NCBI GenBank assembly: GCA_963662655.2
Contig: CAXXTU010000002.1
Span: forward strand, 480,001 to 544,000
Length of the DNA: 64,000 nt
Reading direction: 5' to 3'
Source of the DNA: Candidatus Cloacimonadales bacterium
GTDB lineage: Bacteria; Cloacimonadota; Cloacimonadia; Cloacimonadales; JAIOQZ01
Shown here piece after piece: positions 1 through 7,829 of the stretch (within the stretch, counting starts at the first letter, position 1; every line of letters starts with the position of its first letter). The notes under the pieces are model-generated. The model was not told the origin of the DNA, made no database searches, and saw only the letters and a program-made list of their open reading frames with translations. Made by a program: the position numbers and the translations under genes.

Positions 1-2475
1 GAGGGTGGAAATCACGCTACTCGAAGGTACGCTACCGCCACCGGCGAACGCGAACGACGACGTCGTGGGAACCGGAATGTCGGGTACGAGAACGTTGCCG
101 AGGGTCTTGCGAACGGTCTCCAGCGGGGCGTAGTTGAGAAAATGAAAGAACTTCGCGCCCAGCTCTCGCACACGCTGCTTGCGGGTAATGTATTCGTCGC
201 CCTCGGCCTCGATGAGGATACCGCCGCCGGAGTGGCTCGGTCCCGTCAGAAGCCCGCCCTGCGCCGCTTCCTGATACTTCTGCTTCGAAATGGTGTGGAC
301 GTTAGCGAGACCTGCCGCAATCGCCGCTGCGGCCGCTGCGGCGCCCAGCGCGGGACCGATGACAGGCAGCCCCGCCATAGCTTTAAAGGCAGCGACGGCA
401 GAGGAATATGTGTCGACCATCGCCTGCGCCATCGCCATCGCCTTCCACGCCGCGAAGCCCTTCTTACCAAAAGCCTGCGCCGCTTTCGCAATGTTGCCGA
501 ACATGCCGGAAAAGCCCTGCGCCGCTTTGAGTTGGTAGTTCTCGCGGATGCGCTGCTTGGCTGCTTCGGATTGCTCGGTGATCTGCTCCTCTGAGATGCC
601 TGCCTGCAGGAGTTTTGTGCGCTTGCGGTTGTAGTAGGCGTCGACAGCCGCCAGTTCCGATTCGTAGCTCTTTAATGCCAGGTCGTCGCTGCGCGAAAGG
701 AACTCCTCACGGATGGCTTCAATCTCCTGTTCGTGTTGACGCTTCCGGGCACGTTCCTGCTCGTCCTCGGTCTCCTGCTGGCGAGTCTGCTCCTCGCGCA
801 AACGCTTCTCCTCGTTGGCGTAGTAGGTGCGGATATTCTGGAGAGTCTCCTCGCCAGCCTGCAGGGATTCGGCGCGCTTCAACTCGGTGTCACGTTCTGC
901 AGCGAGTTGGGCCAGCTTACGCTCCAGTACGTCCTCGATGGCCAGCAACGAGTACTGCCGCTGCACCTCCAGCCGCTGGTTCGTCTCCTCCTCGATGGCG
1001 TCCGAGAGCTGCTTTTCGAGCCGCTGCCAGCGCTGGTAGGCGGCGAGCTTGTCGTTGACGTTGGAAGCATCGACATCGCGGATTTCCTCGTAGGCGGCGC
1101 GTGCCTGCTCGATGCGGTAACGTAGCAGCCGCACACCCTCGTATGTCTGCTCGCGCTCGAACCTGAGCTTGCCCGCGTGGTACTCTTCGATGGCGCGCAT
1201 GTCGTCGTCGAACAGCCGCTTGCGAAGGGCGGTGCGACGCGCCATGAGTTCCCGCTCTTCCTCGAAAGCCTGCCACGCTTCGTCCTGTGTGGTGCTGCTC
1301 TTGATCGCCTCGTCGTAGCGTGCTCTGGCGGCGAGAATCGCGTCGGTGATCGTCTCGAACTCGCTCTTGGCTTGATCATAGCTGAGCTCGTCAACTTCCT
1401 TGCGGCTCTCGGACACCAGCTCGCTGAAACTGGTCATGCCAGCGATCAACTCGTCCAGCTTCTGACGCGCCTCCTCCGCCTGTCGCTTGTAGCGTTCCAG
1501 CGACTCCTCGGCGTTCCTCGTGGCTGAACTGGATGACGCGAACGCGAAGCCAGCCGCCGTCGCTCCGGCAGCCAGCAGGCTGATGACGCCCACAACTGGA
1601 TTGATCGCGGCCTTGAGGGCAATCACGACGGTGGTCAGCACGGTGATGGCGGTGGTGACCGCCCCGATGACGGGGATGGCGACAACCAAGCCGGTGACGA
1701 AGCCCTTCACCGCCGGAGTGAGCTGATTGTACCACTCGAAAAGGTCGCGGATGCCCCTCAGAAGCGGCTCGATGAGCACGTTCAGCATGTCGCCGACCTG
1801 CTCTTTGATGTCGCCCCACGCGTTGGCGTTCTGCAGACGCAGGTCAACGAGGGCCTCCGAGACGCCGCCGTAGTCGCCTGCGAGCTTCTCGACGAGGTAA
1901 CTCACGCCCTCCTGCTGGATGCGGCTCTTGTCGAGTTCCACGCCGTACTCGCGCAGGGAGTCCGTGTAGCCGTTGATTGCGCGTCCCATGAGCGAAAACG
2001 CCGCCGAGACGGTCATGCCGGTGGATGCGTTGGCGTCCGCGAAGTCGAGGATGTAGGGCGTGATGGCCTGCACTTCCTCGGTCGTCATCTTGAACGTCTG
2101 GCGCATCTTGGCCATGAGCGGGAGCAGCTCCTCGTCGCCGTGGTTAGTAACGGACTGCATGCGCGACGCAAACTCCTGCATCGACTCGGATTGCTCGCCG
2201 AACGCGATGTTGGTGAGGGTGATCGCCTGCCGCTGTTTGAGCGATGCGTTGAGCAGGTCGTTCGCCTTACCCACCACCCCATCGATGACCGACTTCAGCG
2301 AGGACAGGTTCAGCATCACGTCGCGGATGACGCCCAGCGCGGCTTGCGCGTCGAGCTTCAGCGACTTCGGCTCCTCCGCCTTCTGCTTCAGGTCGTCGAC
2401 TTGCGCTTCGACTTCGGTGACAGCCGCCTTCGCGTCGCCCTTCTCAATGATGATGCGGAACTTAATTGAATTCAT
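1..2475 (-). CDS. Phage tail tape measure protein (3' end outside the window)
   Basis: Missing from the ORF track because it runs off the edge; manual translation from ATG 2475 (MNSIKFRIIIEKGDAKAAVTEVEAQ...) is open for 825 codons, with coiled-coil and Ala/Gly-rich hydrophobic segments; lies downstream of the tail chaperone genes. Confidence 0.85.
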   Translation of the reverse strand, partial: MNSIKFRIIIEKGDAKAAVTEVEAQVDDLKQKAEEPKSLKLDAQAALGVIRDVMLNLSSLKSVIDGVVGKANDLLNASLKQRQAITLTNIAFGEQSESMQEFASRMQSVTNHGDEELLPLMAKMRQTFKMTTEEVQAITPYILDFADANASTGMTVSAAFSLMGRAINGYTDSLREYGVELDKSRIQQEGVSYLVEKLAGDYGGVSEALVDLRLQNANAWGDIKEQVGDMLNVLIEPLLRGIRDLFEWYNQLTPAVKGFVTGLVVAIPVIGAVTTAITVLTTVVIALKAAINPVVGVISLLAAGATAAGFAFASSSSATRNAEESLERYKRQAEEARQKLDELIAGMTSFSELVSESRKEVDELSYDQAKSEFETITDAILAARARYDEAIKSSTTQDEAWQAFEEERELMARRTALRKRLFDDDMRAIEEYHAGKLRFEREQTYEGVRLLRYRIEQARAAYEEIRDVDASNVNDKLAAYQRWQRLEKQLSDAIEEETNQRLEVQRQYSLLAIEDVLERKLAQLAAERDTELKRAESLQAGEETLQNIRTYYANEEKRLREEQTRQQETEDEQERARKRQHEQEIEAIREEFLSRSDDLALKSYESELAAVDAYYNRKRTKLLQAGISEEQITEQSEAAKQRIRENYQLKAAQGFSGMFGNIAKAAQAFGKKGFAAWKAMAMAQAMVDTYSSAVAAFKAMAGLPVIGPALGAAAAAAAIAAGLANVHTISKQKYQEAAQGGLLTGPSHSGGGILIEAEGDEYITRKQRVRELGAKFFHFLNYAPLETVRKTLGNVLVPDIPVPTTSSFAFAGGGSVPSSSVISTL

Positions 2476-2479
2476 TATC

Positions 2480-2509
2480 TTGACAGCCAATAGCGGTGTA
2501 TATCATTAT
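2480..2509 (+). promoter_or_regulatory. Sigma70-like promoter of the moron gene
   Basis: TTGACA at 2480-2485 with -10 candidates TATCAT (2501) or CATTAT (2504); AAGGAGG RBS before ATG 2534. Confidence 0.5.
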
Positions 2510-2533
2510 GGATCAACCTAATAAGGAGGAATT

Positions 2534-2824
2534 ATGCTACTCAATGTAATCGGTATTTCAAGTAGTCTGGTAGGCTCAATTGTCCTTGCATTTAGCATCT
2601 CATCCCTCGTTAAAGCAATCATGAGTGCCTTTTGGATTATCGACAAATCACTAGGTCAGATTGCAGATGTTATCAATAACCCGAATACAAAAGGCGTGAT
2701 TGGTCAAAATTTACCTGAGCACATCAGAAATGCTGACAAATCTAAATACTGGACAGTTTTAGGGGTCATATTTCTTGTATTGGGTTTTGTGTTACAGGTA
2801 GTTGCATCATTTTCCATGATGTAA
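2534..2824 (+). CDS. AT-rich moron, small two-TM membrane protein
   Basis: 96 aa with hydrophobic N- and C-terminal helices; opposite strand to the flanking phage genes; strong RBS; much lower GC. Confidence 0.75.
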   Translation: MLLNVIGISSSLVGSIVLAFSISSLVKAIMSAFWIIDKSLGQIADVINNPNTKGVIGQNLPEHIRNADKSKYWTVLGVIFLVLGFVLQVVASFSMM

Positions 2825-2842
2825 GTACTTCTTGAGTTCGCA

Positions 2843-3718
2843 TTAGAAGTTCCTGATCAGTATCTCTGAACTCGCTCTGTTCGTTCCAGACACCGAGTAT
2901 CTCGTGTTCACCACATCGATGGTGAAGTTCTTGTACAGCTCGCGGATAACGGGGTGGTCATTGTAGCTGAGCAGCCATTTGCCCTGCACCTCGCGTAGCA
3001 GCTTGGCCAGCTCCTCGTGCTGGTCAAAGGCAGCCACCTTGTCGCGCTCGTAGAGCATCTCACGCTCGTAGTAGGGCGGGTCGATGTAGAAGAACGTCGC
3101 TGGTCGGTCGTACTTGCGGATGACGGCCTCGTAGTCGAGTCGCTCGATGATCACGTCTCGTAGCCTCTCACTGGCAGCTTCCAGCTTGCCCACGCGACGG
3201 ATCGGCAGCATGGTCAGGTGACCGCGCACGGCGAACGTGCTGCTGAGACTGCCGTAGGAACACGCCAGCACGTAGTAGAAGCGCACCGCGCGTTCGAGGT
3301 CGGTGCGCGACTCGCTATCGAGGAACTCGTGGAACAGCTCCCGCGAGGCGAGAAGCCGGTCGAGTTCCGCTTTCAGCGCGGCCGGATGGTGCTTCACATG
3401 CCGCCAGAAATTCACCAACTCGCCGTTGATGTCGTTGAGGATTTCGCGGTACTTCTGGCCCTTCGTCGCCTGCCATTCCTTGTGGTCGCGCGACTTAGCG
3501 AACAGGATCCATGCTGCACCAGCAAAGGGTTCGCAGTTATGGCGAACGCCGATAGGCGTGAGTCCTGACCAGCTATCCAGCAGGTTCAAGCTGCGAGTTT
3601 TCCCGACGTAGTGGATTCGTGCTTCGCACTCACCATGTGTGTCGTGCTTCGGGATGAGCGGAACAATCGCCTTGCGCAAGAGTCGCTTGCCGCCCACCCA
3701 GCCGATGACGCTATTCAT
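2843..3718 (-). CDS. Dam-family (D12 class) N6-adenine DNA methyltransferase with an in-frame ~33 aa insert
   Basis: WVGGK...EPFAGAA motif I, LNDIN, DPPY catalytic motif, W-LSYND; extra segment before CEPF that the adjacent paralog lacks. Confidence 0.9.
   Translation of the reverse strand: MNSVIGWVGGKRLLRKAIVPLIPKHDTHGECEARIHYVGKTRSLNLLDSWSGLTPIGVRHNCEPFAGAAWILFAKSRDHKEWQATKGQKYREILNDINGELVNFWRHVKHHPAALKAELDRLLASRELFHEFLDSESRTDLERAVRFYYVLACSYGSLSSTFAVRGHLTMLPIRRVGKLEAASERLRDVIIERLDYEAVIRKYDRPATFFYIDPPYYEREMLYERDKVAAFDQHEELAKLLREVQGKWLLSYNDHPVIRELYKNFTIDVVNTRYSVSGTNRASSEILIRNF
3539..3636. repeat. 98-nt four-way-junction insert (inverted doublet of GGYGA-hairpin-GARTCC)
   Basis: Minus strand: ATGGTGA GTGC-GAA-GCAC GAATCC N47 GGACTC ACGCC-TATC-GGCGT TCGCCAT. 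Confidence 0.85.
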
Positions 3719-4472
3719 CTGACACCTCGTAGTTTGCGATGATAACCTCCTTGAACATGCTCTCGCCCTTCATCCGGTTGATCCCCTTCACGCGAGAGAC
3801 CGGGATGATGGTGTGACCAGCGTACAGCTCGCGCACCTCAGGGCAGTCGTCGTAGGAGAGTAGCCAGCGGCCTTTCACGCCCTTCAATACGTCGCGGAGC
3901 TTCTCGTGGTCGAAGTGTCTGGCGTTGGCGTATGTCGTGCCATGCACGTATGGCGGGTCGCAGTAGAAGAACACGCCGGGCCGGTCGTAGAAGGCGATCA
4001 GCTCCTCGTAGGGCAGGTGTTCGATGGTCACCTTGTCGAGCCGCGTGCTGAGGTCGTGGACGCGAGCTAACTTGCGCTGCATACTGCTCGGACCTGATGT
4101 CGAGGCGCGTCCGAAGTGTTCGCCCTTGCCGCCGAACGAGCGGGTGATGATGTAGAGGAATCGCGCGGCGCGTTGCAGCTCCGTGAGTCCGGGCTGCTCG
4201 ACCAGCTCGTCGAACAGGGCGCGTGAGGCTGGCATCAGCTCGAGCTCCTTCACGAGCGCGTCGGGGTGGAACTTCACCTGCAGGAAGAGGTTCGTCAGCC
4301 GCGCATCGAGGTCGTTGTACACCTCGAGACGAGCCCAGCGGTCACGGTGAAAGAGCACCCAACCCGCGCCGCCGAACGGCTCTACGTAACCGGTGATGTC
4401 GTCCGGCACCAATGCGGCGATTTTCTTTCGCAGCAGCTTCTTGCCGCCGATCCATGTAATCAGACTATCCAT
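3711..4472 (-). CDS. Dam-family N6-adenine DNA methyltransferase
   Basis: WIGGK, YVEPFGGAGW, YNDLD, CDPPY, WLLSYDD. Confidence 0.92.
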   Translation of the reverse strand: MDSLITWIGGKKLLRKKIAALVPDDITGYVEPFGGAGWVLFHRDRWARLEVYNDLDARLTNLFLQVKFHPDALVKELELMPASRALFDELVEQPGLTELQRAARFLYIITRSFGGKGEHFGRASTSGPSSMQRKLARVHDLSTRLDKVTIEHLPYEELIAFYDRPGVFFYCDPPYVHGTTYANARHFDHEKLRDVLKGVKGRWLLSYDDCPEVRELYAGHTIIPVSRVKGINRMKGESMFKEVIIANYEVSDE

Positions 4473-4743
4473 TTGATTTCCTTGTGGTTTCGATGGCGAG
4501 GCAGTAGCGGAGGTAGAGTTCGGGCAAGCTCAGCTCGATGAAGTCAGCCTGCGTGAACCCCACCCCGCGCAGGGCCATCTCGAGCCGTTCGGTGGCGAAA
4601 CACGAAGTGTTGAGTCCATGCTCTAAGGACTCGTGCTTGCGCACTCGCCTGTAGCTGTCCCCGCTTCGACCCGCGCCGTGTAGCCCAAAGCGTCGAGCAA
4701 GGGCGTCAACGCGTGCCAACTGCCTCTGACAGCCGAGAAAAAA
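4465..4743 (-). CDS. Tail assembly chaperone -1 frameshift extension (gpGT-like)
   Basis: The -1 frame from slippery T TTT TTC (4743-4737) reads without a stop into ORF 4465..4719 (...LEMALRGVGFTQADFIELSLPELYLRYCLA). Confidence 0.7.
   Translation of the reverse strand, partial: FFLGCQRQLARVDALARRFGLHGAGRSGDSYRRVRKHESLEHGLNTSCFATERLEMALRGVGFTQADFIELSLPELYLRYCLAIETTRKSNG
4594..4649. repeat. 56-nt four-way-junction insert, same family as 3539-3636
   Basis: Minus strand: GGCGA GTGC-GCAA-GCAC GAGTCC TTAGAGCAT GGACTC AACAC-TTC-GTGTT TCGCC. Confidence 0.85.
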
Positions 4744-4976
4744 GCCGTAAACGCCTCCGCCGCCAGCTCGGGGCCGATGTCCTCGGGCTCGCGTCCGGTG
4801 AGGATACGCAGGATGTCGATGTCGACGTGGGATTCTTCGAGCAAGTCCAGGAAGTCGACTTCGCTTAGCTCGACCTCGTTACCGGCGAGCAGGTCGGTCA
4901 GCCCATCGCGGAGTTGATCGTTGCGAAGCAGCGTCGAGAGTACCTTGCGGAAGGTCGCGTATGAGATGTCCATCAC
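4623..4976 (-). CDS. Putative tail assembly chaperone (gpG-like)
   Basis: 117 aa acidic helical protein between the putative tail tube and tape measure genes; contains an X XXY YYZ slippery site. Confidence 0.65.
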   Translation of the reverse strand: MMDISYATFRKVLSTLLRNDQLRDGLTDLLAGNEVELSEVDFLDLLEESHVDIDILRILTGREPEDIGPELAAEAFTAFFSAVRGSWHALTPLLDALGYTARVEAGTATGECASTSP

Positions 4977-5173
4977 GCCCCCAGAAAGGTCTTCACGGCG
5001 ACGCCAATCAGCAGAAAGAACTGGCTGACGGTCAGGCTCGTGAGCAGCTTGATATTCGTCTCCAGACGCGCAATTCGGGTGACCATCGACCGGCTTGAAT
5101 CGCCGTTGCCGTACACCTCCTTGTGCACGTCCGAAATCTTCTTACGAATTTCAGGATCGCATCTGCATTCCAT
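4973..5173 (-). CDS. Small phage protein, coiled coil plus C-terminal TM (holin-like?)
   Basis: 66 aa; 4-nt overlap with the next gene; hydrophobic C-terminus. Confidence 0.6.
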   Translation of the reverse strand: MECRCDPEIRKKISDVHKEVYGNGDSSRSMVTRIARLETNIKLLTSLTVSQFFLLIGVAVKTFLGA

Positions 5174-5181
5174 GATTTCTC

Positions 5182-5727
5182 CTATTCGACCGTGGCCGGA
5201 ATCTTGTTGAAGAAACTGACCTTACCGCTCGTCTTGCCGGTGAACTCGGTCGTCACCTCTTGGGTATAGAGGCCGTCCGCTTCGCCGCTCCAGTCCACCG
5301 TCCAGCGGCAGCCGTTGATCAGCACGGCCTGCGTCTTGTCCTTGGACACGGCCACGAGCGTGATCTGCGCCATCCCCGCGCTCTGCTCCTCGAGCCAGTT
5401 CTTCTTGTCCTCGTTGATGCCGACGATCGTGACGGTGACGACATTCGTTCGCTTGCCTTCGATCTGGTAGTGCCGAGTCTTGAGCTTCTCCGTCTTCGAT
5501 TCGACCTTGAACGGCTTCTCGGCCAGTTCGCCGAGTTCCTCGAAGTTGGATGAAATCTCGGTTTCCATCGACGCCTGACTCGCGAACATCGCGGTGATTT
5601 CGCTCCCTGTCAGCTCGCCGACCCCGACGTGGACGTTGTAGACGTCCACGCCGCCGATCTGGTTGAGCAGGTTCGCAAGGTCGCCAGAGCTCATGCCGGT
5701 GGGTAGGGTGGGTTTTTCGACGGGCAT
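5182..5727 (-). CDS. Putative major tail (tube) protein
   Basis: 181 aa, beta-rich and acidic; position between head genes and chaperone/tape measure; RBS GGGAG. Function inferred from position. Confidence 0.55.
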   Translation of the reverse strand: MPVEKPTLPTGMSSGDLANLLNQIGGVDVYNVHVGVGELTGSEITAMFASQASMETEISSNFEELGELAEKPFKVESKTEKLKTRHYQIEGKRTNVVTVTIVGINEDKKNWLEEQSAGMAQITLVAVSKDKTQAVLINGCRWTVDWSGEADGLYTQEVTTEFTGKTSGKVSFFNKIPATVE

Positions 5728-5736
5728 CGCGGCTCC

Positions 5737-5937
5737 CTACGCGCTTTTAACGATGTTGTCGCAGTGCGCGAGGATGAAGCCGACGATGGCCTCCTTGAAC
5801 TCGCGGAACTTGGCCACGAAGGCGTCGTCGATGGTGTTCTCGCTACGCTTCGCGAGGGCTTCGAGCGCGCTGATGACGGCGTCCACAATCGGCTCTGCGA
5901 GAGCCTTGATCGCCTGTTTGAGTATCCACTTCCACAT
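5737..5937 (-). CDS. Small amphipathic phage protein
   Basis: 66 aa with AAAGGAG RBS upstream. Confidence 0.65.
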   Translation of the reverse strand: MWKWILKQAIKALAEPIVDAVISALEALAKRSENTIDDAFVAKFREFKEAIVGFILAHCDNIVKSA

Positions 5938-5958
5938 ACGTAACTCCTTTCAGTCGTT

Positions 5959-6051
5959 AATTATGAATTAGGAATTATGAATGATGACAACTGGCGGTTT
6001 GGTCGCGTCTGTGCCTTCATTTCTAATTGCTCATTCCTCATTCATCATTGA
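5959..6051. repeat. Inverted arrays of 7-nt tandem repeats
   Basis: AATTATG AATTAGG AATTATG AATGATG ... TCATTTC TAATTGC TCATTCC TCATTCA TCATTGA. Confidence 0.8.
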
Positions 6052-6057
6052 TTTTGG

Positions 6058-7829
6058 TTAGTCGGTGAGTTGGTAGAATTTCACGAAGCCGGGAACGTAG
6101 GTGATGCCGGGCCGGATGCGGATGTACCAGTGATACTTCCAGTCCGAGCCGTGGTGCTCGACCTTGAGTTCGGCGTCCGTGCGGTAGCCGATGATGATGA
6201 ACTTCGTCAGGCCGCAGACGATGTAGTTGTCAGGCAGGAGCCGCGCCTTGACCGGGATGCCGCTGAAGCTGACCTTGCCGCCCTCCAGGAGCAGCTTGTC
6301 GCCCTTGTTGGTCTCGCGTTGGCCAAGCTCCGTGCGAATGCGAATGAGGTCTTTGTGGCTCACATAGATGCGGAAGCTCTCCTGCTCCTCCAGCATCTCG
6401 TCGGTGAATGCAAGCAGCACTTGCTCGAACCGTTCGGTCCACTCGTCGTAGGTGGTGGGACTGATGGCGGTGATGTCCGTGCCATCGGTCGCGAGCTTCA
6501 CGAGACCGTTGAGAGCCTTCAGCTTGGCGGTCGCCGACGCGCGGTCGCCTCGGAACAACAGCAGACGCATCGCCTTCTCGGTCTTGCGCGCGATGTGCTG
6601 CTCGACGTAGGCCCCGAACGCATCCTCGCCGTACTTGTCCTTGTAGAACTCCACGACGTCGCGCCCCAACGTGAACTCGGCCATCAGGATGCCGGTCGGG
6701 CAGGACAGATCGGCGGTGGCGACGTCTTGCGCACTCAGAGTGCCGTCCAGCGAGTTGTGGAAGATCAGGTCTTCGATCAGGCCGACGTCGATCTTCTCGT
6801 CCTTGAGCAGCGGGATGACCGAGATGTCGGTGAGCGTGTCGCCGGGCTTGGAGCCGATCACTTCGTCGATGAACAGACTCGTGTTGTTGGGCGTGAGGAT
6901 GCTCATCGCCTTGCCGGAATCGACGTCCGCGATGCCCTTGTAGATCTCGCGGTGCGCGGCCTTCACGAGCACCTTCTCGCCGTTGACGATCACTTCGCGG
7001 TCACCGCCGTCGGCGTCGGGTTCGCCCTGAATGCTCTTCGAAATCGCGCGACTCATCGTGGCCGAGAGGCTGTCGAGACTCTTCTCGATGGACTTCACAG
7101 CCTCTCGCAGACCGCCGTCGCCGATGCCGTTCTCCAGCCTCGAAACCTTGCTCTCCAGCTCGTCGATGGCGGACTCGAGCTCCGCTTCGCGGTCGGCGTC
7201 CTTGAGCGACTTCTTCAGGTCGCGCAGCCCCGCAATCTCGTCGCGGATGGCCTTCAAGGTCTCGCCGGTGTCGTTGTAGTCGTCAGCGCGACCGTAGATC
7301 GACACGCCATTGAAGTCGCCCTTCTCGACTTTTTTCCACAGCGCGGAATCGAGGTCGTCGCACTTCAAGACCTGCACCCAAGCTCCAACTTTCGTGTCGG
7401 GGAAATGGGTCCTGTCCTCGGTCTTGAGGATGTAGTTTTCGGCCACCGAGAAGTCGTCGATCGGGTGGTTGTTGTGGTTGATGTCGTTGCGCCCGACCAT
7501 GTAGTGGCGGCTTGCGAAGCAAACGCCAGCCCTCAAGCGTGTCTGCTGAAGTGGTCGCACGCCTTCTGGATCTCCTCGGCCGTGTAGAAATCGCCCTGCG
7601 CGTCCTTCACGTCCGGCTCCATCAGGGTCACGAACAGCCGCCCTTGACGGCCTTTCGTCTCGCTTTTGAACTTCACGGACGAGCCGCGCACCTTGTACGC
7701 TTTTCCGCTCGCGGCCTTCACCACGAAGCCCTTCTGATTGGCGGGATTCATGTCGTCGAACAGGAGCGACACGAGCTCCACCTCGACGTTGCGCAACTCA
7801 CCCTTGCGCACGGTTTTACGTTCTGTCAT
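6058..7829 (-). CDS. Prohead protease (XkdF-like)-major capsid fusion, interrupted by a 35-nt insert
   Basis: ORF 7533..7829 (VELVSLL...PAN.KGF, EPD.KDAQGD) and ORF 6058..7560 (DINHN, VAENYI, W..V.KG.FNG.SI.G, coiled-coil scaffold, capsid-like C-terminus) join into 579 codons when 7504-7538 is removed. Confidence 0.8.
7504..7538. repeat. 35-nt hairpin insert with a GCGAAGC core
   Basis: Plus strand: TGGCG-GC-TTGC-GAA-GCAA-A-CGCCA; flanked by a duplicated CAC on the coding strand; carries the in-frame TGA. Confidence 0.75.

Noticed and set aside
142..2521. Many short ORFs at the left edge
   Set aside because: They overlap the long minus-strand tape measure frame that the track missed
3531..3630. 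Methyltransferase insert ends in His-Asn|Cys and contains an upstream Cys, like an intein
   Set aside because: About 31 aa is far too short for a HINT fold; the nucleotide-level inverted structure explains the segment better
3533..3640. Hairpin inserts as integron attC sites or DGR elements
   Set aside because: No integron integrase, reverse transcriptase, cassette array or TR/VR pair in the window
7504..7535. TGA followed by a hairpin, resembling a selenocysteine SECIS
   Set aside because: Read-through would stay in a frame that is not the capsid frame
6070..7587. 505-aa plus-strand ORF and similar long antisense ORFs (e.g. 24087-25085, 27430-28452, 47034-48173)
   Set aside because: Shadow ORFs opposite well-supported genes in GC-rich DNA
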